Below the pieces are notes generated by a model. That model made no database searches. It was given only the letters and a program-made list of their open reading frames with translations, and had not been told where the DNA came from. Shown in pieces: positions 7,373 through 16,541 of a stretch of DNA of 64,000 nucleotides. This stretch comes from an uncultured Acidobacteriaceae bacterium. GTDB taxonomy: Bacteria; Acidobacteriota; Terriglobia; Terriglobales; Acidobacteriaceae. The position numbers and the translations under genes were made by a program. Within the stretch, counting starts at the first letter, position 1. Each line of letters opens with the position of its first letter. The stretch spans positions 27,402-91,401 of the forward strand of contig CAWJVC010000007.1 of assembly GCA_963846215.1 (NCBI GenBank), written 5' to 3'.

Positions 7373-7768
7373 ATGAAGTTTAATAAACTTACCCCGAATC
7401 TTGTTGTCCGCGACGTAGAAGCGAGTATGAAGTTCTACTGCGACATCCTTGGCTTTCAGCGTGGCATCACCGTCCCGGATGCGCCGCCCTACATCTTCGG
7501 CTCTGTTACAGCGGGTACGGTGGAGATTTTTTTCAACGACCAGCGCACCGTTGCCGAGGAATATCCCGCCCTCGGCATGAAGCCCATCGGTGGCAGTCTC
7601 ACACTATTTATCGAAGTCGACGGGATTGAGGAACTGTTCGAAAACTTGCAACGGCACCGCGTCAAGATAACCATGCCCATGAAAGAACAGTTCTACGGTA
7701 TGCGCGAATGTGCCTTCGAAGATCCCGAAGGCTGGATCATTACTCTAGCTCAGCGCATTGTTCCTTAA
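7373..7768 (+). CDS. VOC / glyoxalase-bleomycin-resistance family protein
   Basis: The internal ATG at 7373 gives MKFNKLTPNLVVRDVEASMKFYCDILGF..., a typical VOC N-terminus, and the protein is about 131 aa. The longer ORF from 7181 overlaps the upstream gene. Confidence 0.7.
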   Translation: MKFNKLTPNLVVRDVEASMKFYCDILGFQRGITVPDAPPYIFGSVTAGTVEIFFNDQRTVAEEYPALGMKPIGGSLTLFIEVDGIEELFENLQRHRVKITMPMKEQFYGMRECAFEDPEGWIITLAQRIVP

Positions 7769-7803
7769 CCCCAACCCGCAGAGCAATTTCGCAAACTGAA
7801 ATG

Positions 7804-7834
7804 GAAAAAGGCCGCGACTCACGCCGCGGCCTTT
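7804..7834. terminator. Bidirectional intrinsic terminator
   Basis: GGCCGCG (7810-7816) pairs with CGCGGCC (7825-7831). The hairpin is flanked by AAAAA upstream and TTT downstream and lies between convergent genes. Confidence 0.6.
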
Positions 7835-7888
7835 CCCCTCCCTGTGCGTCGATTCATCCGATAAAATCGGATTTACTACAGCTCGCTC

Positions 7889-8395
7889 TTATTGAACGTG
7901 GATCATCTTGCCGCTTGCGTCCAATGTTCCGTGCACGCGAACTTTTTTCCCATCATACTGTTTAACCTGATCCTGGTGGTCGATGTCATACGTCTTTCCT
8001 GACTCGTCCTGTAGCACGTACTTATCGCCAGCTTTCATGATCGTTCCGCTGAAGCTTTGTGTACCAGCTGTGGCGCCCGCTGCCGGAGTCTGCGCATCTG
8101 GTGTCGCTTGTCCACCTTGGCTGGGAGTCTGGCTCGGACTCTGGCTGGGCTGAGCCTGAGAATCAGGTGCCTGCTGCCCGGATTGGTCGGCCGTCGGACT
8201 CGTCTGGCTCTGAGGCGTCGTCGCCGGTTGTTGCGCCGTCGGATCGGTTGGTTGCGTGCGTTGTGTCTCTGACGACGAAGCGGGATCGCTCGATGTCGTA
8301 GGCGGCGCCGATTGTGCGTTCAGTGAAACGCCGGCAGTCAGCAGCACAGCAAGTGTGCCAAGGGTCCACATGGACTGAAGTTGCTTTTTCATCAA
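7889..8395 (-). CDS. Secreted protein with a P/T/Q/S-rich disordered region and a small C-terminal beta domain
   Basis: Signal peptide MMKKQLQSMWTLGTLAVLLTAGVSLNAQS. About 90 aa of PTQS-rich low complexity follow, then GTIMKAGDKYVLQDESGKTYDIDHQDQVKQYDGKKVRVHGTLD. Confidence 0.6.
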   Translation of the reverse strand: MMKKQLQSMWTLGTLAVLLTAGVSLNAQSAPPTTSSDPASSSETQRTQPTDPTAQQPATTPQSQTSPTADQSGQQAPDSQAQPSQSPSQTPSQGGQATPDAQTPAAGATAGTQSFSGTIMKAGDKYVLQDESGKTYDIDHQDQVKQYDGKKVRVHGTLDASGKMIHVQ

Positions 8396-8697
8396 AATCC
8401 TCCGGGAGACGTAAACACGTCAGTCATCCTGAGCACTTCTTTAAGCAAACTGTTTGCCAAACCAACCGAGCAACGCTTGACCGGCGCTGCCTTACGTCCC
8501 GACTGTTCAATCTGCAACCTTTAATCTCGTTTCAAAATTATTGCCGTCACCGCGCTACGGAACTCATTGGTGCGACGTACCGGAAAGTCCGTAGCGTCCC
8601 CATTTCACGGGGATGCCCACTTTCACACTCTCCGAGTACATTTTGCCGAATATTTTCTTGCCGCTCTGAGCAAGGTGGGGGCGTCCGCGGCTGCGCT

Positions 8698-9150
8698 TCA
8701 TTTCGTCCGGCGCATGTGCCAGATGAGATAAACGACGATCGCGATATTGAGTGCAAGAACCCCAGCTTTGGAGTAACTCGCATGTCGATAAATTTCGTAA
8801 ACCTCAATCGGCACAAGCGAACTCGTAATGATTACGGTGAGCCACTCTCCCCAGCGCTTTCGCAGCCACAAACCTGTGCCTTCCGCCAAGAATAGCCCCG
8901 CGTAGAGAAAGCTCCCTAATCCAAGTTTCTTGATTTGATCCGGCGTCGCTTTGGTCGCCTTCGCCAGAGCTCGATCGAGAAAGCGGTTTCCCGGATCGAG
9001 CCTCAATGCCTCGCACCAATGCTCGAGCACACCCCCGACGTCTTTGTGAAGAAGTTTGAATAGGCCGATCCCCAGGGCGATCAGCAGGGCGGCCTTAAGA
9101 AATTTAAAAACTGCAATCAGCCGTAGCAATCCGTCGTCTGATGATTTCAT
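8698..9150 (-). CDS. DUF2127-like integral membrane protein
   Basis: It has 4 predicted TM helices, and the N-terminus LLRLIAVFKFLKAALLIALGIGLFKL is typical of that family. Confidence 0.6.
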   Translation of the reverse strand: MKSSDDGLLRLIAVFKFLKAALLIALGIGLFKLLHKDVGGVLEHWCEALRLDPGNRFLDRALAKATKATPDQIKKLGLGSFLYAGLFLAEGTGLWLRKRWGEWLTVIITSSLVPIEVYEIYRHASYSKAGVLALNIAIVVYLIWHMRRTK

Positions 9151-9270
9151 GCAAAGCCATTATGCCTGAAGCGCTTGGGTTCTCTTTTGACTTTGATCTG
9201 ATGCCAATCGACTGCGTTCATTGCTTTTGGCTCTGAGTCAAATCTCACTGGGATCAGCCAAGCCAGAAGC

Positions 9271-9298
9271 CAAAAAGGCCACGACTCTCATCGTGGCC
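9271..9298 (-). terminator. Intrinsic terminator downstream of pnp
   Basis: GGCCACGA (9277-9284) pairs with TCGTGGCC (9291-9298) across a 6-nt loop. A U-tract follows on the minus strand (plus-strand AAAAA at 9272-9276). Confidence 0.7.
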
Positions 9299-9346
9299 CT
9301 TCGTATTTTTACCCGAGCGAATCCGCGTAAATCCGCGACGAAGACT

Positions 9347-11796
9347 TTAGTGCCTTCCTCCGCCGCCCGATCCTCCGCGTCCACCGCGATCTCGTCCGCC
9401 GCCGCCCGGCCTTCCGCCGCGTCCGCCGCGTCCGCGATCCCGCCCTCCACCACCGGGCCTTCCACCGCGTCCACCACGATCTCCGCCATGCGGTCGATCG
9501 CCGTGAGGACGATCTCCACCCACACCAACCGGTGCCGCTCCACCTTCACGATTGAAGTTCGGTTCATCATCCGGGAAATCCCCGCCGCCCTCGATCACCA
9601 TCGATCCAGTCAGCACCGGAGCAGGAGCGGATTCCATCTCGGCGCCTGCGCCGTCCGCCGGCACTGCACCATCTCCGCCGCCCATCTTCGCGCGCTGCTC
9701 TTTCAGAATCGCTTTGCGCGACAAACGTATGCGGTTGCCCTCAACGGCCAGCACCTTCACCAGCACCTGATCGCCTTCTTTCAGTTCGTCGCGAACATCC
9801 GCAATGCGATGCTCTGCCACTTCGCTGATATGCAGCAATCCATCCGTGCCCGGAATGATTTCGACGAACGCGCCGAAATCCGCCAGCCGCGTCACCTTCC
9901 CTAAGTATGTCTTCCCAACTTCCGCCGTCGCCGTCAGGTCTCCGATGATCTGCAGCGCCTTCGCCGCCGACGCCTGATCGCTCGACGCAACTTTCACCAG
10001 CCCGGAATCTTCCACATCGATCTTTACTCCGGTCTGTTCGACGATCGAGCGAATCATCTTTCCGCCCGGCCCGATCAAGTCGCGAATCTTGTCGACCGGA
10101 ATCTGTACGGTGTAGAAGCGCGGAGCGAAATCAGAAATCTTCTCGCGCCCCGATGTAATCACTTCTTCCATCTTTCCGAGAATGTGCAACCGCCCGCGCT
10201 TAGCCTGCGCCAGCGCCTCGCGCATAATCTGCGAAGTGATCCCGGCAACCTTAATATCCATCTGCAGCGCCGTGATTCCATCCTTCGTTCCGGCAACTTT
10301 AAAATCCATGTCGCCGTAATGATCTTCCGCGCCCGCAATGTCGGTAAGGATCGCGTACTGATCGCCTTCCTTCACCAATCCCATCGCCACGCCAGCCACC
10401 GGAGCCTTCAAGGGAACGCCTGCATCCATCAACGAGAGCGACGCTCCACAAACGGTTGCCATCGAGGACGATCCATTCGATTCCAGAATGTCCGATACCA
10501 CGCGCATCGCGTAAGGCCATGACTCTTCCGAAGGCAGCACGCCCGAAATCGCCCGCTCTGCCAGGGCTCCGTGCCCAATCTCTCTACGTCCCGCTCCCCG
10601 CATAAAACCAACTTCACCTACCGAAAATGGCGGGAAGTTGTAATGCAGCATGAAGCGTTTCTTGGCCTCGCCTTCGAAGCCTTCCAGGCGCTGCATGTCG
10701 TCGCTGGTGCCAAGCGTGGTCGTAACCAGCGCCTGCGTTTCGCCGCGCGTAAAGATGGCGCTGCCGTGGGTCCGGGGCAGCACTCCCGCTTCAATCCATA
10801 TATCGCGAACTTCGTCGAAGGCGCGAGCATCGGGACGCCGTTTCTTCTCGAGCACTTTTCGCGGAAAATGCGTTCTCGCAGCGTTTCGAAATATTGCTTG
10901 AACTTCGCCAGCGCTTGCTTCGTCATCTTCCGGGATTTCCGCCTGCAACTTCTTCTTTACATCTTTGACCAGCGCGTAGCTCTCCGCTTTCGGATGCTTC
11001 TTCGTATCGAGAGCGTCCGACAAATCCGCGCCCGCTTTTTTCTTCAGCTGGTCGTAATATTTCTGATCGAATTCCGGCGGCGTGACTTCGCGCTTTTTCT
11101 TGCCGGCCTTCTGGCGCAGTTCGTTGATGGCCGTGCAGATCTTCTTGATTTCGGTGTGTCCGAATTCAATCGCGTCGACCACCACTTCTTCGCTCACTTC
11201 TTTTGCGCCTGACTCGATCATCACAATGCCATCCGCAGTTCCAACGACCATGATGTTCAGCAGGCTCTCGCGCATCTCGTCGTAGGTGGGATTGACCACG
11301 AACTGACCACTGACCTGCCCCACGCGTACCGCGCCCAGCGGACCGAGAAATGGGATATCGGAAATCGTCAGCGCAGCAGGAAGCCGCATTAATGCCCAGC
11401 ACATCCGGATCATTGCTCGCAGTCCGCAGACAGCACGAACGTGATGACTTGCGTCTCGCACTTAAATCCCTCGGCAAACATCGGGCGCACCGGCCGATCG
11501 ATCTGCCGGCTCGTAAGCACTTCGCGTTCGCTCATCCGGCCTTCGCGCTTGATAAAGCCTCCGGGGAATCGTCCGCCGGCGTATGTGTATTCGCGGTAAT
11601 CAACCGTGAGGGGGAAGAAATCAATTCCTTCGCGCGGTTCAGGATTCGCCGTCGCGGTGGCGAGCACCACGTTATCGCCCATTCTTACAACGGCTGCGCC
11701 GTGGGCCTGCTTGGCCAGTTTTCCGGTTTCAAACGACATTTGCTTCCCGCCGGCGAGGTCGACGGTGACACTGCTAACTTCTGGTTTCATATTCAT
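9347..11796 (-). pseudogene. pnp: Polynucleotide phosphorylase, reading frame interrupted (true pseudogene or assembly indels)
   Basis: All domains are recognisable: PH1 ([27 protein letters not shown]), PH2 (LPRTHGSAIFTRGETQALV), KH (IRDLIGPGGKMIRSI) and S1 (GKVTRLADFGAFVEI). They are spread over three frames: 11796-11410, a short [13 protein letters not shown] segment, then 11385-9347. The protein ends in an Arg/Gly-rich tail. Confidence 0.9.
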
Positions 11797-12115
11797 CCTT
11801 ATTTGCTTTGATCAGGAGCGCGGTTGCGCTTTCCAGTTGGCACAGGTAGAGAGGTGGACTGCTTGGATTGATAGGCGCGTAGGCCATGGTGAGCGATTAC
11901 GATGAGCAAGTGCCAACGAGAGCTGCCCATACGTGGGGCTCTCCGAAATCCTTCCGAATGCGCACGGAAAATTGGCTCAATGCTGTACCGGCTTCGTGAG
12001 GAAGGCGGTTCTCATATAGATACGTCTCGGGAAAACGTCTGGACTTCGGCCTGTCCTAGCGCCTCCCGCAATTTCGCAAACCTGCGAAGCACGGGGTACC
12101 AGAATTTTCCCAGGA

Positions 12116-12382
12116 TTACTTGCGGATGCCGAGTTTCCCAATGACCGTCTTATAGCGCTCGGAATCGTATCTCTTGAGGTAGTCGAGCAAGCGACGCCGC
12201 TTGCTGACCAGCATGAGCAGGCCGCGGCGCGAGCCGTGGTCCTTCTGGTGCATTTTGAAGTGATCCGTCAACTGGCCAATGCGTTCACTAATAATGGCGA
12301 TCTGAACCTCCGGACTCCCGGTGTCAGTCGCGTGCGTCTGGTACTGGTCAATGACAGATTTCTTTTGCTCTCTGGCTAGCAC
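12116..12382 (-). CDS. rpsO: 30S ribosomal protein S15
   Basis: 88 aa with [49 protein letters not shown], in the canonical position upstream of pnp. Confidence 0.95.
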   Translation of the reverse strand: MLAREQKKSVIDQYQTHATDTGSPEVQIAIISERIGQLTDHFKMHQKDHGSRRGLLMLVSKRRRLLDYLKRYDSERYKTVIGKLGIRK

Positions 12383-12511
12383 TAACCTGATGCACTCCTG
12401 TTCTCAGTTTCGATTTATCTTGGTGACAGTAGTGAGGATAACATGTGAGGCGTTCGGGGGTAAAGGCGGGCGGCCAACCATCAGTAAGTCCTCTGAGACT
12501 GCCAGCAGGAT

Positions 12512-12878
12512 TGTCATTCCGAACGGCTTCAGCCGTGAGAGCCTGCCTTGAGCAGAGCCGAAGGGAACCTGCTGTCCCCCTGGACCGGCAATGCTGCGGG
12601 AGCGGGAGTTGTTGGGGTTAGGTCGAATCGCTAAGATTTTGTGCCCGCATAGAGTTTCTTGCACAGGTTGTATGTGACGTCTGCCGCCGCGCGAACTCCA
12701 GCCACGCCCTAAGCTCATGTCATTCCGAACGGCTTCAGCCGTGAGGAACCTGCTGTCCCTTGCAGTGGCAGTCGTAATGGCAGGTTGAGGGGCCGGTAAG
12801 ATTTGCTAGACAGGATTTCTTGCACAGGTCGTACGTGACGTCTGCCGCTGTACAAACTCCAGCCAAGCCCTAAACTCT
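12512..12878 (+). repeat. Two head-to-tail copies (12512-12717, 12718-12878) of a ~160-200 bp repeat unit
   Basis: Both units start with tgtcattccgaacggcttcagccgtgag(g)aacctgctgtcc and contain the ACGGCT-TC-AGCCGT hairpin. Both end with ttcttgcacaggtYgtaYgtgacgtctgccgc...aactccagccaMgccctaaRctc. Copy 1 has a ~25-bp internal insertion. Confidence 0.9.
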
Positions 12879-13353
12879 TGTCATTCCAGCCGTGAGGAGG
12901 AGTGGCAATGGTACAGGAGCGGTGCTATTACGTTTACATCATGGCGAGCAAGAGCCGTGTAATCTACGTCGGCGTGACTGGGTTTCTGATGGCGCGTGTC
13001 TCGCGCCACAAGGCCGGCGAAGGCGGTGCGTTCACACGTAAATATCGCGTGCATCGGTTGGTCTATTACCACTGCTTCTCTAGCGTCGGCGATGCTATCG
13101 CGCGCGAGACTGAGATTAAGGGATGGCGTCGAGAGAAGAAACTAGCGCTGATTCACGCCGACAACCCGACGTGGGAGGATCTTTCGGCTGGCTGGGGCGA
13201 AGCGGCGGTGATGAGGGTGTCTGGAAAAGCAGGTTCCTCACCGCGCTTTCAGCCCGATTCGGAATGACATCCCCTTCAACTTCTTGCACTGATCGCGTGA
13301 GCCATGTGTCGTTGTACAAGTGTCGATGATCCCAGGCCCTCATTATAAATGCA
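12879..13353 (+). mobile_element. Third repeat unit carrying a GIY-YIG nuclease ORF between inverted copies of the repeat head
   Basis: A shortened head lies at 12879-12900 (tgtcattcc-agccgtgaggagg). An inverted head lies at 13229-13269 (gcaggttcctcac...cgattcggaatgaca). The unit tail resumes at 13270-13353 (cttcttgcac...tgtacaa...ggccct). Confidence 0.55.
12908..13267 (+). CDS. GIY-YIG nuclease family protein (small, YhbQ/COG2827-like)
   Basis: YYVYIMASKSRVIYVGVT (GIY...YVG), then RVSRHK, REKKLA and ETEIKGWRREKK. GGAGGAG lies 7 nt upstream of the ATG at 12908, and the GTG at 12902 is also possible. Confidence 0.85.
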   Translation: MVQERCYYVYIMASKSRVIYVGVTGFLMARVSRHKAGEGGAFTRKYRVHRLVYYHCFSSVGDAIARETEIKGWRREKKLALIHADNPTWEDLSAGWGEAAVMRVSGKAGSSPRFQPDSE

Positions 13354-13460
13354 TGTCATTCCGAACGGCTTTATGTGAGGAACCTGCTGTCCGTTGGAGC
13401 GGCAACAGTGTGTGACTTGTGACATCTGACCTTGTGCACGCCTTGAAATCAGCTCAACAT
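13354..13460 (+). repeat. Fourth copy of the repeat head and proximal body
   Basis: tgtcattccgaacggctttatgtgaggaacctgctgtccgttggagcggca... matches the heads at 12512 and 12718. Confidence 0.8.
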
Positions 13461-14024
13461 GGACGAGGCGAAAGTGGTCAAGCAATTTCCCGCCAACGCC
13501 CATAAGTCGTTTGTTGTGTGGATTTTGACTCCTAAGCTCTTTGACATCAAGATTTTGCAGACACTTTTTGCAGACCCCGCGCCAGTCAAGACTTTCAGAG
13601 AGTGGGTGGGAGGGGGTACCCCCGAAAAAGACGCTTAACCAGCATCTTCTGACGAGACAGATGGGAATCGGGATACTCGTCAGCAGCATTATTTCGAGCC
13701 GATATCCACAGAGAACCGTCATTGAAATGTATGCAGACGTTGTGAGTCGTACTGCCCACCCTTGCAGAGGATGCAAGAGTGGGCCTTCCCGCTTGAGGTG
13801 GGCGAACCTGACAGGTGGGAGCTTACCGGTATTTCAGGCGGCGGTCTCCATGTAAGCAAGGGCTGGTCGCAGAGCAGAAACGTTTTTGCCACTGACTTGA
13901 AAACAGCATTCGTCGGAGAGAAAACTGGTGATCAACATGGGCATTCTTCCTGCCTGAATAGTGATCGAGCGAAGAATAGCGTTTCAAAATATTGCGACGT
14001 AGTTAGCGTTGCGACGGTGGGTTG

Positions 14025-14534
14025 ATGAAGAACAAAGACGCCGCGTATTGGATCCAGAGATTAGGGCTCGAAGCGCATCCCGAAGGCGGACATTATCGCC
14101 AGACTTACCGAGCCGATTTGACTTTAGCCAGGAAAAGTTTGCCGACGCAGTTCACCGGGGCGCGGGCAGCCTCGACGGCAATTTATTTCTTGCTTAAGGG
14201 TGATGAATTTTCCGCCCTACATCGCTTGCACTCGGATGAGGTTTGGCATTTTTATGTTGGAAGTTCGCTCGTCGTATCTGTGATCGATGCTGACGGGTGT
14301 TATTCGGAGATTTTGTTGGGCAGTGATCCGGAAGCGGGCGAAGTGTTGCAGGCCGTGGTCAAGGCGGGATGCTGGTTCGGTTCGCGAGTAAAGGATGGGC
14401 ACGGGTTTGCGCTAGTCGGATGCACGGTGGCACCAGGTTTTGATTTTGCAGATTTTGAAATGGGCAAGCGGGCGGAATTAACGCGGAAGTATCCGCAGCA
14501 TCGAAATGTGATTGAGAGCTTGACGCGGGAGTGA
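14025..14534 (+). CDS. Cupin-fold protein (DUF985 / cupin_5-like)
   Basis: WIQRLGLEAHPEGGHYRQTYR...FLLKGDEFSALHRLHSDEVWHFY...GCTVAPGFDFADFE matches that family's pattern. Confidence 0.7.
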   Translation: MKNKDAAYWIQRLGLEAHPEGGHYRQTYRADLTLARKSLPTQFTGARAASTAIYFLLKGDEFSALHRLHSDEVWHFYVGSSLVVSVIDADGCYSEILLGSDPEAGEVLQAVVKAGCWFGSRVKDGHGFALVGCTVAPGFDFADFEMGKRAELTRKYPQHRNVIESLTRE

Positions 14535-14556
14535 GGTAGTCCGCTCGATGCGTTCT

Positions 14557-15855
14557 TTAAGCCCGTGCGGGTGCGGCTTTCTTAGGGAACATTTCGCCGA
14601 TGCGTTTAATTTGGGCGCCGACTGCGCGGAGCTTCTCTTCGATATGTTCGTATCCGCGATCGATGTGATACACGCGGTCGATGATCGTCTCGCCGTCTGC
14701 GACCAGAGCGGCGAGAACGAGCGATGCCGAGGCGCGAAGATCGGAGGCGAGTACGGCGGCGGCGCTGAGTGGAGTCTTCCCGCGGACCACCGCACGGCGG
14801 CCTTCAATTTTGATGTTCGCGCCCATGCGGACCAGTTCCTGAGCGTGCATGAATCGGTTCTCGAAAATATTTTCGGTGACGATAGAAGCGCCTTCGGCTT
14901 GCGTGGCCAGCGCCATGAATTGGGCCTGACAATCGGTGGGAAATCCGGGAAACTCTTCGGTGGACATGTCGGCAGCGTTGAAAGGATTGTCACCCATGAC
15001 GCGAACGCAATCGGCGGTCGTCTTGATTTTGACGCCGACTTCTTTGAGCTTGCTGAGCACGGCGTCGAGGTGAGCGGGATCGCAGCCGGCGATATTGAGA
15101 TCGCCGCCGGTCATGGCTCCGGCAATCAGGAATGTTGCGGCTTCAATGCGGTCGGGAATGATGCGGTGCTTTGCGCCGTTTAATTTGCTGACGCCTTTCA
15201 CATGGATGGTCGCGGTGCCCGCGCCTTCGATTCGGGCTCCCATCTTGTTCAGTAGTGCAGCAAGGTCGGCGACTTCGGGCTCGCGGGCACAGTTAAGGAG
15301 AATGGTTTCGCCTTCGGCGAGTGCGGCGGCCATCAGCAAGTCTTCGGTGCCGGTCACAGTAATTTTGTCGAAAACAATTTCGGTGCCTTTGAGGCGATCG
15401 GCAGTGGCTTCGACGTAGCCGTGGTCTTGCGTGATTTTTGCGCCAAGCTGCTCCAGTCCTTTTATGTGCATGTCGATGGGGCGACTGCCGATGGCGCATC
15501 CGCCGGGCAGCGACACGCGGGCGCGGCCGCAACGGGCGACAAGCGGTCCCAGGACGAGCGTGGAGGCGCGCATCGTCTTAACAAGTTCGTAAGATGCTTC
15601 GGGGCTGGCAAGATTCTTGCAGTGGAGGGTGGTGCGGTGATGAGCGCGTCCATAGCCGAGTTCGACTTCGGCGCCCATGGCAGCGAGCAGGTTGCGCGTA
15701 GTTTGAATATCGCGCACTTGCGGAATGTTTTCGAGGATGACCGGTTCGTCGGTGAGCAGGGCAGCGGCCATGCAGGGAAGGGCGGCGTTCTTTGCGCCGC
15801 TCACGCGCACGGTGCCGAGCAGTGGCTCACCGCCGCGGATGACAAGTTTGTCCAT
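14557..15855 (-). CDS. murA: UDP-N-acetylglucosamine 1-carboxyvinyltransferase
   Basis: The internal ATG at 15855 gives [40 protein letters not shown] carries the catalytic Cys, and the protein ends ...[22 protein letters not shown]. Confidence 0.93.
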   Translation of the reverse strand: MDKLVIRGGEPLLGTVRVSGAKNAALPCMAAALLTDEPVILENIPQVRDIQTTRNLLAAMGAEVELGYGRAHHRTTLHCKNLASPEASYELVKTMRASTLVLGPLVARCGRARVSLPGGCAIGSRPIDMHIKGLEQLGAKITQDHGYVEATADRLKGTEIVFDKITVTGTEDLLMAAALAEGETILLNCAREPEVADLAALLNKMGARIEGAGTATIHVKGVSKLNGAKHRIIPDRIEAATFLIAGAMTGGDLNIAGCDPAHLDAVLSKLKEVGVKIKTTADCVRVMGDNPFNAADMSTEEFPGFPTDCQAQFMALATQAEGASIVTENIFENRFMHAQELVRMGANIKIEGRRAVVRGKTPLSAAAVLASDLRASASLVLAALVADGETIIDRVYHIDRGYEHIEEKLRAVGAQIKRIGEMFPKKAAPARA

Positions 15856-16041
15856 GAGTTCGGAGTCCTGTTGAAAAACTATTCTAGCGGGGAAGTGGGT
15901 TGGGTGTGGGTAATCGGGAGGGCACGGCCTAGCGGATAGCCGAGCATTGCAGCCGAGGAGCGATTGTGGGTGTCGCATGTGCGGGTACGACGAAGAGCAA
16001 GTCTTTCGAAATATTCCGCGGCTACCATCGAGGCTGTCATC

Positions 16042-16302
16042 TCAGTAGCAGTCAGAGCCAGGACTGTGATGGTTCCCGCAAATGTGACAAGGGGTATGAA
16101 TTCCACAGTCCCATTCGCCGCAGTCACAGCGTGAGCCGAGGTGGGGTTCTCGCATTTTCGGAGCGAGCTCGGCACGAATATGCCGTGGAATCTGTGCCCA
16201 TTTCTTGCTGCGGAAAACCTGGGAAACCTCGGCATCCAGCAGCCACTTTAGCCGCCGGTCGCCAGCAGCATCATCCCACTTGTTCGCCATCAAGCGCTCC
16301 AT
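16042..16302 (-). CDS. Hypothetical small Cys/His-rich protein (uncertain)
   Basis: The 86-aa ORF ends CDCGEWDCGIHTPCHICGNHHSPGSDCY. It has only a weak RBS and no recognisable family. Confidence 0.3.
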   Translation of the reverse strand: MERLMANKWDDAAGDRRLKWLLDAEVSQVFRSKKWAQIPRHIRAELAPKMREPHLGSRCDCGEWDCGIHTPCHICGNHHSPGSDCY

Positions 16303-16541
16303 TTCTCAGCTTGATACAGGCGTATTTGACTAAACCCGGCATTCAACTTAATGGATTTAGCTGGCAGAGTAAGTCAATATGAGTCAGTTGAGGTAACCAA
16401 GGTAACTTGAGGTCTCGGATTGAGACGGACCTGAAAGGTTCGGTCTAGAGCTGAATGAGTTTGGCTCAACGCCGAACGTCGCGGGAGCGGCGTGGAGTCG
16501 GGATGAAAGGTTGCGTGCCCAGGTCAATACGGGACGTCTTA

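Noticed and set aside
11830-11860. TGGCAC hexamers elsewhere (for example 11839, 33478, 14428) as further sigma-54 promoters
   Set aside because: None has GC at the position 10 nt after the GG, and most lie inside coding sequence.
13650-13684. CTGACGAG...CTCGTCAG as a hammerhead ribozyme core
   Set aside because: It is only a simple hairpin. The CUGAUGA/GAAA catalytic core and the three-stem junction are absent.
13276-13776. 166-aa minus-strand ORF
   Set aside because: It has no family resemblance. Part of it (GQQVPHIKPFGMT) is just a translation of the interspersed repeat head, and it spans hairpin-rich non-coding DNA.
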